A stretch of 64,000 nucleotides of DNA, from contig OX597814.1 of the NCBI GenBank assembly GCA_951406725.2, positions 142,352,001 to 142,416,000 of the forward strand. Reading direction: 5' to 3'. The position numbers and the translations under genes are program-made. The notes under the pieces are model-generated. The model had not been told where the DNA came from and ran no database searches. It saw nothing but the letters and a program-made list of their open reading frames with translations. The stretch is from Octopus vulgaris (Eukaryota). Below are positions 41,843 through 56,715 of the stretch, one piece after another. The stretch's first letter is position 1. The number at the start of each line of letters is the position of its first letter.

Positions 41843-44800
41843 GCATACATATGCATGCATGTATGTGTGTGTGCGTGTGTATGTATGTATACACACACGC
41901 ACATTCACACATATATCAATCAATAACAATTAAAATTCTATATTTTGTTTCTCTCTCTCATTAATTATTGAGCTTATGCTTATCATCTAAATTTAATGTT
42001 TGAGTTCTCTCTCTCTGAAATTAAGATCCGTGTATGCATTAGTGACAGTATAAGACTCTCATTCTCTACACTTTCTCACATTAACCACAAAAATAAAACG
42101 AAAAACCATGAGTTCCATACATGAAATATTTATTTTTAAAAAAATAAAAACGCTTTAGTATGGATGACAGGAGGAGGAGAGACGAGTGTGTCGGATGTAC
42201 TTGGTGGTTGAAGTAAACAGGCAGACGTCTAAGAACTAGAAAACTGTGGCAGTTGTCGGAGAGGTACAAAGATAAATCGATTTCTTACTTAGCTATGAAA
42301 TCTTTGTGTAGAACAAAAGAAATGAGACGCTGATCAGCGAATCAGTTCGTAATGTGGAGATGTTTAGAGTATTTCAACTACGTTCATACCCATTATTCAT
42401 TAAACAGTAAAACATTAGAAAATTGTGCTTGCGGTGAGGCGAATCTACGATTTAATTCCAGTCCTCGAAGCCATTTCATTTTACTTGAAACTCATGAATC
42501 TAGGAAATACACAATCTTTCACTATTCTATCGTGTATTACCTATAAGGTTTTAGGCTTCATTAAATATCGAATTAAACACAGCAGCTTTCTTTTGTTTAC
42601 GTTTGAGAGAAAGACAGTCAGTCGAATAGAAACTGCCAGTTTTACTTTCGATTCGTTGTCCGATTATTTTAAGGCGGTAAACTGGTTGAATTGTTAGAGC
42701 GTTGGATAACATGTACGTGGTATATGTTCTTACTATCTGGATTTTTAGTGCAAATCCTGTTAAGATCAGCTTTGTCATTTTATGATCGATAAAAAATTAA
42801 AGAGACACAATCGATTGGCAGGATTGAAACTGGATACTTTGCTGTATTTGTTCCGAATATCTACGTTCTGAGTTCGAAATCCGCCACGGTTTACTTAGAT
42901 GAGGTGCTTAAGCGATCTCCCGGTTTAATGCCATCACCTGGCATCTTGGATGTCTCAGGTAGAATTCACTCTGCAGCACCCTTTTCAAGCCAGGTTGCCA
43001 GCTGGAGAATATTTTCCATTCTATTTCCCCACAGTTATAGGGGCACTGGGAAGGGTCATGAGTACTGCCTTTCTTCTTGACCAAATGATAAAAGAGAACT
43101 CACCAACAGAGAATGTAACAATCTTTTCCAATAAATTTCTAACGTCTGCACCGGGTCAAATATTTTTCGGAGTGCATGAACAGCCGATTAAGTAGACACC
43201 AGTATTTGACTAGCACTTTATTTTATCAACTCCAGTTCTATGAAAGGTAAAGGTGACCTCGCTAGCATTTGAACTCAAAACGTACAGAGCTGAAACAAAT
43301 AATACATGTTATTGTGTTTTATTATCTAATGATTTTTCCTGGCCTCTGAGGGTAACGTTATTTGATCGATCGAAGAGCTAGAAAGTGCAGCTAAATCTCC
43401 CATTACTTCCATCTCTTGAAAGAAAGCGGAACATATCTGATAAGGAAGACCTAGATACGTAAAACCTTAAAGAAAGTACGTAATACCTTAGAGAAAGAAG
43501 TACGAAAGAATAATGACTTATGGTGGTGATGGTAGTAGTAGTGGTAGTGGTGGTGGTGGTGGTGGTGGTGGTGATGGTGGTGGTGGTGGTGATGGTGGTG
43601 GTAGTGATGTTCAGCCCTTGGTCGAGCAAATCTATGCGTTCCAGCCGTGAACATCCGTCCTAATACATATTCAATATTATGTTGTCCAAAGTAACCCTTT
43701 TGTTCTTTTAAGTTAGAAGGATTTACTTCAAAGGAAAATTGGCTGCTATTTCTGTCAGTTTCGAGCGATGTTGCTTTTGGTTGTTATTCAGTCATTAAAT
43801 CTACGATGATCTGGTAGCCCCAATCATAAGCACCCTATTTTGTAAGATATCCAATGTGTTCTTCCTTTGAGTTATTACGTTGAGTTATTACTGCTATTTC
43901 TAACTTACAGAGCTACCTAATAAAGCCCCTCCCACTGGCTGGCTAAAACTCATTTCTTACCACATGACTATTAATGGGTGACAGCTAAGCCTCTGGAGTA
44001 TTTTGATATTATTTCTCGATTTTATTTCCTATGAAGCCACTGACATGTAGGTGGATAATCCTTGGTGTGACGAATAACATCAGTTAAATGATTAACTGAT
44101 GCTATTTGTACACTTTGAGCACTTTGTAGTCGTCTTTGATGTGTAGTGAATGCCAACATGGCGCATGTGTGGCTGTGAGGTTGAGATGTTAGCTCTACGC
44201 CTATGTGGTTTCGGGTTCAATCTCACTGCGCTGCACTTTCAGCAAGTGTCTTCTACCGTAGTCTCGGGTAGACTAAAGCATTATGAGTGGAATTTACCAG
44301 ACGGAATCTTAGATAGCAGACATAATCCGTCATCCGATTTAACATTACCACTACGAAGTCTTGGAGATCTTTAGCGGAATCCGCTCTGTTCCGATTATTT
44401 TTGTCAAGACCCCAGGATGAAGATAACATCTTCCCACCATTCTCAGAAGTTCTGGAAAGATCATAAGCTTTGCCTTTCTACCTAATAAACACTGGCACAA
44501 GAATAGATAATTTAATGGAAAGTACGTTGATTAAATCATCTCCATTTTACGTGACAGGTAGTTATTTCAACGATCCCTGAAGTGTGAAATACAAAGTCGA
44601 CCTTTATACGATTATAAATCATTTCGTAAATAAGCGTTTCTGAATACTGACAAAAATACACGAAATCCACTCTCCTGTGGATTTCGAATTCAATACATCG
44701 AATTGACGAGTCTAAATAAAGAATTATGCATAAAATGATCATAAAGTAAGCACATTTATGTAAGTAACCGAAACTCTAAGCAACATTGAGGATCAATCTA

Positions 44801-46237
44801 AAATGATAGTAAAATCTAGAAATAATTTTAATTTAACAAAAATGTTGCTTGATTTTATCATCTATACTCAATAACAACGGCTCAAATTGTTCGTTTCTTA
44901 ATCCCTGTGATCACTCCTTCTTCGTTTTCTTGTCTCCATTTTCACTCCTACGATTCCCTTATTTATCACTTCCGTTCAGTCTCAGTAACAACGCTTTTCG
45001 CTGCGGTGGAAAGAAATACTGTTCATGTATACCAAAAGGAACAAATCAAATTTTTTCACATTTCATTGTTTCATGAATTTCACAATTTTTATTATTTTTT
45101 AGTTATTAAATATTTAAACGTTATTTTACAATTAATTTACTTCGCTTTTAATAGCTGTTTAAAAGTTATTTCACTAATTTTAAATTCTCCTTTCATATTT
45201 CATTATTAGCTTAAGTTTCGATTTTCTGTAAAAGTTATATCGGATAACGTCGTCCTATACACATAAAAGGTAAATAAACTGTTCCAACCGCATAAATTAT
45301 GTAAATTACAGATAAAAATAGAAACCGCCCGGTGGGCAAAGTTTCTCATTGTTAAAATAATGAATAATAGAGCAGACATCAGTCGAAGCTGTAGAAACGT
45401 AGTTGAAATAGTAAAAAGAACAACTATATTTTCTAAATGAATAAGAACATTTTAGTAACAATAGTACATCAATAGTCGTAACGCCTGACGCTTGACTATT
45501 GATTAAAATATTCCTGTGCATTAGTCTAGTGCTCCACCGATTCGATTCTATTAGCCACCACTCTAACAGGACATAAAAAATATGAGAGACATCTTAACTT
45601 GTTCCTAACATAAACATACAGCTGTCAATTTTAGAAGAGGAATATAAGCCTGATATCAACCGCAGTACTTGAGTGGTACTTTATTTCAATCACCCTCCTT
45701 AAAATACGAATTACAATTTTGACTTTCAGCGAATTTGAACTCACATCATTAACAAATAAAAAAAAAAACCGAAAAAAATTCACAAATCATTTCGGTACGA
45801 CACACCAGTGTTCTGACGGCTTGCAGCTGATAAAGTTAGATACTTTTTATAATTTCTTCAAATTTTTAATTACTTTCTGTGGTAAACGAAACACATAGGC
45901 AATATATATCACGAGACACTTGTGTCCACGACGTCAGTGATTCTACTATCGACCGCCCTATAATATCCTGATAATAGAAACTGTAGACACAGTAAATGAT
46001 GCTCTATCAGATTAATCTGAAAGTATGTCTTCCAAATTAACATATTTCTGCAATGACGGTGAATGTTTTAAATATTTTCTAAAAATAAATAGATAATAAA
46101 AATGAAAAAAAAAGTATCTTGGACACTCTTCTTTGACATTGTTATGTATGTATGTATTCATAATATATACTTACACTCACACGCACGCATACATACACAT
46201 ACACACATACACACACACATATATATATGTATATATA

Positions 46238-46281
<44 letters not shown>

Positions 46282-46865
46282 CATAATATTATATACATAC
46301 AATATAATTTAACATAGTGATATAAATAATAAATATAAACATATATATATTTGTATATAAACATTTAAAAATGTATATATGTATGATATATATATATATA
46401 TATATATATGCATAAGTTCACATATATATATATATATATATTTACATACGTACACACACACACACATATATATATATGGGTGTACTTATGTATACGCTTG
46501 CTCACATGCATATATACATGAATAGATGTATGTGGATGCCTTTGCGGGCGAATGAAGTAAAGAAAGCAGGAAAATGTGCTATGTATGTATGTATGCATGT
46601 ATGTATGTATGCATGTATGCATGTATGTATGTATGCATGTATGCATGTATGTATGTATGTATGTATGTAAGTATTTATGTATGTATGTATGCATGCATGT
46701 ATGTATGTATGCATGTATGCATGTATATGTATGTGTGTGTGTGTGTACGTGTGTACGTACGTACACGTGTATCTATATTCGTATGGATCTATGGATTGGT
46801 GGCTGGCTGTATGCCTGTATGGACGTATGTATGCATATACAGACGACTAATGTTTCCGCACACAT

Positions 46866-46904
<39 letters not shown>

Positions 46905-47812
46905 CGCACACACATAAATCTACATATATACATATATTAGTGTGTCCGTCTGTTTGTGTGTGTAGAGGGTACCAGACTTATGCGCACGCAGTGTATATGC
47001 AATGCGACCAGACATACAAAGAATACGCTACGAATATGATTCTGATATTAATCTGGCTGCAACACATGAAAGGCAGACTATTAAGAGAAAATACATTAAA
47101 ATTCACAATGTTGAGAGATTACGTACAGGATTAGTTGTGGTTTAGGCGACTGGAACATATATTGACGTTAGTATAGGATTGAGAATTGTTGGAATTTTGA
47201 TCGTCTGAGAGCAAACAGTTAATTTATTCTTTGTTTGAGATTTCAGTGTCAGTCTTGTAACATAAACCAACATAAAACTTGACGTTTCAGATGGTTTAGC
47301 ACAAACCAACGTGTCTCGTTCAACCAGTCACTTATTTCTTTTTTGCTCTCCATCCGAATACGCGTAGACATATACATACATACATACATACATACATACA
47401 TACACATGCATACACACACTTGCAAACACACACACACACACACAGATATACACATACACGCAATATCTTACTCTTTCACTTTCACTTTCTCACTCATACT
47501 CTGTAGATATTGCCCAAGTTACGAAAATGAAAAAAAAAAAGAAGGAAAAAAAACAAACTAAAAACTACTCAACAACTCTCTAGCTAATAAAACACCATTT
47601 TAGAGACTACCATATCGTTTCAGTAAACATCAAAGTGCTGCAGACGACACCGTGCCATGACAGTCATCATGTATATCTATCCATCTGCTAAATTAAGAGT
47701 GGAAAGTGGTAGACCTAATCCACTACCTTCTTTAAGATCCTGGTCTTGGTTTCGGATTCTTTTATCAGAGCCCTCTTTAGTTCAGTCATTAGAACCAGGT
47801 TTTCGGCTAGAA

Positions 47813-48057
47813 GAGTGGTTCTCAACCATTTTTTACTTATGGATCCTTTTGTTTCCTATATTAGTCGGGTGGACCTTCACACCCATTTGACGTTTAAAAA
47901 AAATCCCGTTACATTCTTAGAATTAAATATTATTAAGAATTATATTTAAAAAATTGTTAAAATATTTTGTGTATTGTATAAGTATAACCAATTTATTGAT
48001 GATAAAATCTTATAGGGACCCCCAAAGGATCTTGTGGACCCCGGTTGAGAGCCAATG
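47813..48057. mobile_element. hAT-type MITE, diverged
   Basis: Termini GAGTGGTTCTCAACC / GGTTGAGAGCCAATG; TSD degraded. Confidence 0.6.
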
Positions 48058-50345
48058 GATCAGGAGATAGATTTTCTACTGACATAATAGAAAGAACACT
48101 GGCTCGGCCCTTCCTTCTCCTTTAATATAAAATATATTAAAAAACATTCGAAAGTTAAAAAAGGATTAAAATCCATTAACATCAATAACTCTTAAAAGGT
48201 AAAACCATTAAAACCAAGATCATTAGAGTTAAAAGCTAACAAAATTTGAAGCCATTAAAAAGTTAAATTATTAACAATAAAGATATTCATAGATATGATA
48301 CCACGTACCAATAGGCGCCACATTTTTAGTCACCACACAATGCATCGTACCAGTTGGGTAATATCGTCCTAGATATTTAAAGCTCGAGTGAAGGACGGCT
48401 CGGTGGGACATCGCTGGAGTACTATTATTGTTTACAGGCCTACTGATTCAGAGCTGACCTAGAGTTAGACAGCAGTAGTAGTAGCAAAAGCAACAACAAA
48501 AACAACAAGATTATCGTGATTCTTAAGCCAAAATATAAATACTCTAACAACAACATGGCCATTGCAATTCCCCTTAAGAATCAGTGATTGATTGAATAGA
48601 AAAATCGAAATGAAAATATTGATTGCCTTCTTTGTCGCAGGATCATACTGTAATAGAGAACGGCTGCGTTTAAATAAATAAACCACAGTATATTACAAGT
48701 ATGTAACATTAACTGTCTTACCTACTTGGACGCAAAGCCATTAAAACTACTTATCAATAGAAAATGTCTACATTTAGATAAATCAAATTCAGTATAATAC
48801 AAGTATGTATTTTATACAATGCCCATGTGATTCAGTCTGCTGTTCTACCATTTCATTGGACCACCGTATTAAAATACAGTAAGTACGTTCTGTGTCTGCT
48901 TGTTAAGCGTTCCTCGCCTGCCAAAGATGATATAGTGTCTTCATAATAATTGTGTTCTTGCAGTGTCACGATTTAATCTGACTCTAATTTGTTTTCAAAT
49001 TGAACAATACACATTTAGAAATATCTAATCAAATTGCTGTTTTATTATATATAGAAATAGCATGATTTTTTGTTTATGCCAGTGTAGTAATAGTAATCAC
49101 GGTAATAGTACAGTCATATCTTGTGATAACAAACATATGTCGCTGATACATAATCGATCAATTTTCAGGTGACATGTGGTCTGATACCTCTTTTAAACTC
49201 TACGAAATTACGCTAAAACTAGCAAGAAAACGAGAAACTTTTGTGTGGTCAGTTGACCTGTCAGCTATAGGAGAAAATCTTCCTCAAACACATCCTACTC
49301 TACCGTCATAGATAAACAAGCGTACACTGGAGTATCCCACTACAAGGTCCAGTCCTTATTGCGTTGAGGTAGCTTGTGTATCAATGACCCTGAGAAGTAT
49401 GCCAGCTGAGTGAGAGCTCCTGACAGGTCTTCTCATGCTGGACAGCTCAAAGGATCAAGACCAGAATAATATAGGCCACCTCTTTTCAGAGGAAAACATG
49501 GGTTTGCGTAGGTCAACACTCCTACCAAGAGGAAAGGAAAATTGCAAAAGAGTCAATAGCAATTCAAAACCCGCAATATCTGGCAGACAAAATTCTTTCC
49601 TCAAGGCAGCCCATATTCGACAACAGTGGAGAGAGTCGTTAATAGCCTTTGCTTCATATGGAGCGAAGGGCTTAAATAAGGGCACTAAAAATAAGAGCGA
49701 TTTTTAGTTTGGGAATCATCAAAGGAAGTACTGAAATCCATGAGCTGATTTCAAAATTTGCTAAGTTGACAAAACTTTCAAAAACCTGTGGCCCTAAGGA
49801 AAAACTCATTTCAAATTAAAGAGACCCTTAGCAATGAAAAAGATGGAAATCACTACACTAAATAGTCTAGCTGTTAGTGAGAAATCATACAGGATGGGTA
49901 TCTTCGATCAAATATCTCGATGAGAATTTATCTGAGACTAAATCACAACAATAGTAATAGCAACAGTTAAAAATCAAGAAATGTTTACGACAGTCGACCA
50001 GACTTATTTTATCTGATGCTGGAAAAAAATAATTACGTTATTAAAATGCACGATGAGTATTTCAGTAATCCTCTTAACACACATCTAAATCTTACTTATT
50101 TAATTCATGTGCAAATATTACGAACCAACAAATTAGCTTCTATGTCATAGGTCAGGAATTTATTTTTTGTTAGGAATTACTCTAAATCTATTCAAGTAAA
50201 ATGAAATTATTTTCAGTCTCCGAAATAAGCAGAAACATGTCAGTTGCTCTTAAGTTATTTTATATGGTATGTAAACGTTTATCTTTAGAAACATTGGATC
50301 AATTAACATCAAGAAATGCAAAACAACAAAAATCAACAAAAACGT

Positions 50346-50431
<86 letters not shown>

Positions 50432-50496
50432 TGTGTGTGTGCGTGTGCGTGTGTGCGTATGTGTGTGTGCGTGCGTATGTGTATGTGTGTGTGTGT

Positions 50497-50531
<35 letters not shown>

Positions 50532-50697
50532 CGGACAAACGGAAGAAAGTGGCGTTCAATATATTTGGTTGGAATTTTAGCTGAATGGAGCTGAATCAAA
50601 TTGTTATTAAATAACACACACACACATACACACACACACATATATATATACACATATATACGCATATACATATATATATATACATATATATATATAT

Positions 50698-50758
<61 letters not shown>

Positions 50759-51094
50759 GAAAAATTTCGTTATAGGTATAAATATACCATAAACAAGTAT
50801 TAAAAAATGGAGAAAAAAAGATGCTGAATCAAAGTTAGATTTAATACAAAAATTGAATTCAATACACACGCACGTTTCGAAAGACAATACAAATATGTAA
50901 GAAAAAAATATAATCATAGTAATTACAATTAAATTTATGCATTGTCATTCTCATCAGTGTGTAGAATTTTGGAAGGACATCAAAAATGGTTTAATAAAAT
51001 AAAATAAGGGAGAATACAGATGAGGTAATTGGGAAAAATCGATATTTACAAACAAGTTGTAAAAGGGAAAAATATTAACAACAACAACAGAAAC

Positions 51095-51164
<70 letters not shown>

Positions 51165-51879
51165 TTAATAATAATAATAGTAGTAGTAGAGAGAGAGAGA
51201 GAGACGAAAGAGAAAAAGAAAGACATATCAATGTGTATGCAAGTCTATATGTGCAGTAAGCTATAACATAAAAATATAAATCTAACGGATATGTTTAAAG
51301 AAATAGCAACAGGTCGAGACGAAGTATAATGTAAACAAGGCCACGTGTGTATAGTAGAATACAGCGCAACCGGTTCACTAGCAGAAAAAAGCCATAGAGA
51401 GTTATACGTATACATATTAATGTTATAAAACGAAAAAATATATATATTTCAAGAGGCTTGAAGCTGATAGGCAAGATGATGTTTGAAAAAGATACAATAT
51501 TTAAGTAAAAATGTACATATAAGCAGAGAAATAAACCAAAAAGAACTTAACAAAGAAAAAGCAACGATCACAGACAGGACCAGTCGGTGTATTCAAGAGA
51601 GTTACCTTACTCAAAAACTAGCCCGGGGTAGGGGAGAATAAAAAACGTTTGGAATAAAAATGAATATATGGAGAAAATTATTATAAATTACAAGTGATAG
51701 AAAAAACGTATACACTAAACACATAACAGTTATACATACATACATACACACACACAAACACATACAGACATATATATAAACATATATATACCCATATATA
51801 TACATACACACACATACACATACATAAACTTGCACATACATGTACACGCACACACCTATACATATGCATACGCACAAAC

Positions 51880-51918
<39 letters not shown>

Positions 51919-52114
51919 GTGATAAATAAAAATATATGCATACATACAAACATATATGTACGTACCTATATCTACATGTATATATACATGCATATATAAA
52001 TAATTATACGTGAGTACAGGACACCACAACCTGACGTAGAAATGGTAAAAACAAAAAAACAAAACAACAAGAAAACGAAAAAAACAGTTACAAGACGTGC
52101 TACACAAGGAAAAA

Positions 52115-52176
52115 ACCCCCGTCATCAGCTGTCGCTAGTAGACTCAAGCATGTTTCGAAGGCAAGACAGAACACTA
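52115..52176 (-). ncRNA. Candidate non-circularly permuted hammerhead ribozyme, intact core, divergent subfamily (repeat ~52010-52400)
   Basis: UAGU-GUU-CUGUC-UU-GCCUUC-GAAA-CAUG-linker-GACAG-CUGAUGA-C-GGGGGU. Confidence 0.65.
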
Positions 52177-52402
52177 ATCCACTAGGCCTTCCTGCGAGAG
52201 AATTAAAATAAAATTCCAAGCAGCGGGGCAAAATGAGTACAAACACGAACAGGACGTAACAATAAGACTGCTAAAAATAAAAAAATACATGTACAAAAAA
52301 TACAAATAAATACAAAACGAGAAAATAAAAAGAGAATACGATACGGGAAATCAAACACACAAGAGGACGAACGAAAAAGCCTTTTTTTCTGGCATAGACG
52401 GA

Positions 52403-52461
<59 letters not shown>

Positions 52462-52828
52462 TACAAATTTACACATACACACATACATACAAATACACAC
52501 ATATATACACATCCAAACATGCAAAAAGACACAGACATACATGCATATACACCAAAGAAAATACATATATAAAAACATATAGAAATATACACATATATAT
52601 ATACACAGATGTACACACTATATGCACGCGTGTTAATGTATCCATGCACAAAAATTTGCATATACAAACAAGTATGCATACATACATACCTATGCATGTA
52701 TATACATATATAGACATAAACATTGAATATATTCATGCGCAAACACAAAAACATACAAGTATATACATACATGCCTACATACGAATATATATATACATAT
52801 ACATACATATATATATACACACACACAA

Positions 52829-52876
<48 letters not shown>

Positions 52877-52878
<2 letters not shown>

Positions 52879-53283
52879 CGCAGGAGTGGCTGTGTGGTAA
52901 GTAGCTTGCTAACCAACCACATGGTACCGGGTTCAGTCCCACTGCGTGGCATCTTGGGCAAGTGTCTTCTGCTATAGCCCCGGGCCGACCAATGCCTTGT
53001 GAGTGGATTTGGTAGACAGAAACTGAAAGAAGCCTGTCGTATATATGTATATATATATGCATGTGTGTTTGTTTGTGTGTCTGTGTTTGTCCCCCTAGCA
53101 TTGCTTGACAACCGATGCTGGTGTGTTTATGTCCCCGTTACTTAGCGGTTCGGCAAAAGAGACCGATAGAATAAATACTGGGCTTACAAAAAGAATAAGT
53201 TCCGGGGTCGAGTTGCTCGATTAAAGGCGGTGCTCCAGCATGGCCGCAGTCAAACGACTGAAACAAGTAAAAGAGTAAAAGAG
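52877..53283 (+). mobile_element. SINE family A, full length (partial copies at ~40143-40372, 44160-44305, 57290-57480)
   Basis: Best-preserved copy: GGCGCAGGAGTGGCTGTGTGGTAAG...CAGTCAAACGACTGAAAC. Confidence 0.9.
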
Positions 53284-53309
53284 TATATATATATATATAT
53301 ATATATATA

Positions 53310-55272
53310 CTAGCTGAAGGTGACCCGCTCTACGCGCGGGTAAGAGTGTGGTTGTTACTTTCTGTTGCTTCCTTTCAGCACATAAAAAGCACCATCCGAA
53401 CGTGGTCGATTGCAGCGCCGCCTTGACTGGCTTCTGTGCCGGTGGCAAGTAAAAAGCACCAACTGATCGTGGCCGCTGCCAGACCCCCTGGCACCTGTGC
53501 CGATGGCACGAAAAAAGCACCCACTACGCTCACAGAGTGGTTGGCGTTAGGAAGGGCATCCACCTGTAGAAACACTGCCAGATCAGACTGGAGCCTGGTG
53601 CAGCCTCCTGGCTTCCCAGACCCCGGTCAAACTGTCCAGCCCGTGCTAGCACGGAAAACGGACGTTAAACGATGATGATGATGATGATGATGATGATAAT
53701 GATGATTCCCCCTCTTTGATTCTCTCTCCTTTCTCTCTCACTTTCCCCACTCTCTTACTCTTCCTTTCTCTCGGACCCTCCCTTGCTTTCTCTTACTCTC
53801 TATCTTTATCTATCTCTCTCCCATTTATAAACAACAAAAGATCTTAAGTAAGTTGAGAAATAAAATATTTAGAAAGATCAATCATAAATATCAAGCAGTA
53901 ACAATGGAAAGGTCTGCTTCAAGGCAGACAGCAAAACACTAACATTTAAAAGGGAGAGACGAACTTGCGAGCTGAATAAAAATAATAAAATATTGGAAAC
54001 CAAAGTTTGAAGGGATAGAATCTGAGGATAGTAGAGTCACCATGGCTGGCATTTCTTAACGACGGACAGCAACATTTTGACAGTTTAACGGCTGGCGTAA
54101 AATTTTGAACTTGATGTAAAAGAAAATCCCTAAACACCAAGTTTTGAATTGATTCTTTCTCACGACAGTAGACTCACCATGGCAAGCATTCAAAACTTCT
54201 TCATCTTGGACGGCAACACATTGACGATTAAAAGGCTGGCACAAATTTTTTAGCTTGATGTAACAGAGAATTCCTAAACACCCACTCCTTTAAATTTTAA
54301 TCCCCTTCCAGCCCCATTTAGACCCTTTTCACATTTTGGTTAATATAACCCGATTTCATTTGGGTCTACTGGGGCCACATTTTATAAGATGAGGAATTTT
54401 GTCCTAGAGGTCACGCCTTTCATTTGAAGGAAAAAAATAGTTGTGATGCAAACTTGCGAGCACTTTTAACATAGGTCTGAATATTTTCAGCTCAACCGAC
54501 CACATAATGCACACATTATATATATATATATGTATATATGTGTGTGTGTGTGTGTTGGAGTCTCTCTCATACGTGAGCGTTGACGCTGAATTCGACTGGT
54601 AAGCAGGTAACCTTGTCTTTGTTGAAATAGTTGTGAGCTGCTGGAGTTATTTCCCTGACGGGTAATAGGAATTTCCATATCCTCCGAGGAAATTAACTGT
54701 TGACCCAGACAATTAGAATTAATTTTAATAAAAGCATCAATTTAAGAAAAAATAATAAAGTAGTAAAAAATGAAAATTTAGAACGAAAAATTTGCAGGGT
54801 TCTAAATAAATGTTAAAATGTAATAGATACGAAAAACCTACGTTATCACCAGAACACGAACGCTGGTTGCTGTGTTCTGTTTGTATTTGCTCCGTCGGCG
54901 CGTTGACAGGCAAACAATAGAATGCGATGGCGGTGGCGATGATAATTCTCTCTATGAATGCAGACAGATACATAAAAGAAGGCCATTTGAGGAAGTGAAA
55001 GTAATGGGAATGTATGAAATAGAGTGAGTGAAAAAGTGCTGGGAAAAGAGGAAATAGCGAGAGTGAGTTGAGGAAGACAGATACATTAAAGAACCGGAGT
55101 GGACTTGTCAAAGTGGGTTTTTGGCCCTAGCAATGACACCTTTTAAGATAGGGATTTCTAAGGTAGCCCACGGGCATCGACACCTCATTTTACATGTCCC
55201 TGTAAATTTTGGAGTCAATCGGACGGGATGTAGTGGCCTTGAAAGCGATCCAAGCGGTAAAAATGCATTTCA

Positions 55273-55285
<13 letters not shown>
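53310..55285 (-). mobile_element. Non-autonomous Helitron-like element
   Basis: Minus-strand 3' end has hairpin CCCGC..GCGGG (53325-53340) then CTAG|T; the 5' end runs into (TA)n near 55280 and is uncertain. Confidence 0.6.
53377..53705 (+). mobile_element. RTE-tailed SINE fragment with (GAT)n tail
   Basis: Three internal repeats ending in AAAAAGCACC, then GGTTGGCGTTAGGAAGGGCATCC and GGACGTTAAAC(GAT)n. Confidence 0.7.
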
Positions 55286-55342
<57 letters not shown>

Positions 55343-55683
55343 AACACGTTGTACCGAGATGCAATTCGAAAAATCCCGCCATTTACATAGATGTATAAAG
55401 GATGAACATTTCTATATGCTACGTTGGATACATTGGTTATTCGCCTGGTATATTAATTTTTGTTCATTCGTTATAAATCGTGAATTATGGTTGCACTGAA
55501 GATTAAAAAGTGCATGTATGCACTAATTAGGAAATCATGTGATTTGCAGCTGAATTCTGTTTTTAAATGGCTCGCTTCGAGAGTTGCATTCTCTCGCATT
55601 CGATACGATGTGTTGATTTATTTTGGTAGTTTTGACTTTAAGAGTCCCTCCTAGCGTGTGGCATTTATGTATAGTAATGTCCT

Positions 55684-55739
<56 letters not shown>

Positions 55740-55989
55740 TATACACATATATACACATAAAAATACACACATACAACACACACACACACAACACACACAC
55801 ACAAATATATATACATATACATACATATAAAAACATGACCACATGCGCATGAATATACCCACACAGGCATAAATACACGCACACAGAGACAAGACATACA
55901 TACACATATACCTATGAGTATAATAAGAACTAATAAAAAAATGAAAAAGAGGTTATCAATAAGACTATTTAAGATCAATGAAAAGAAAT

Positions 55990-56620
55990 TTGAACATATG
56001 TTTACAAGAAAAGAACTCTTTCATCTCTCGAATTTAAGATAGAACCATTCATTTTCATAATTATATAAGACTCTTCTAGACATAAAAAACAAGTTCTGTT
56101 TCTAATCCTATAAGAAGGGGCAGAAGAAACAATATTTCAAGAAACTGAGAAATTTATGTTATCTCTTTTAAGTTGCCATACTTTTTTGGATAAACTAGAA
56201 CTACTTTCTTTCCGTGTATCATTAAAAGATGATTTAAGATGATTCAAACGTAATTTAAGAGGGGTCTGCGTGCAACCTATATAATGATACCTAGAGACAA
56301 TATGTGTTGTAATAGTAGCTTTATATACATTTTTCATTTTACAATTACCTTTAACCTCACAGGTGTTAGGGTTTCTATAGTTACAATTGTTACTAATATT
56401 AGACGTTCTATTGTTATGTGTATGTGTGTTGATAGAGGTATAGTTTGTCTGAGTATGGAAATCGTTGATAGAAGATACAGAACTTTTTGAATAATTGGGG
56501 GTTAGTATTAGTAGTAGAAGACGTTAAATTCTTGCAGTAAAGATTTAGTTTTCTATTGTTGAAGGAAGAAATAATCTTAAATAAGTTAGAAGAAACATAA
56601 AAGCCAAATCTAATCATTCT
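55990..56620 (-). pseudogene. Penelope-like GIY-YIG endonuclease remnant
   Basis: NVYKATIT..YHYIGCTQTPLKLRLNHLKSSF..SSLSKKVWQLK. Confidence 0.75.
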
Positions 56621-56661
56621 GTTGTTTTTTTCTCATACATACATACACACACACACACACG

Positions 56662-56715
<54 letters not shown>

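Noticed and set aside
52877-52950. tRNA genes at SINE heads
   Set aside because: A/B boxes are present, but there is no full cloverleaf and each continues into a SINE body.
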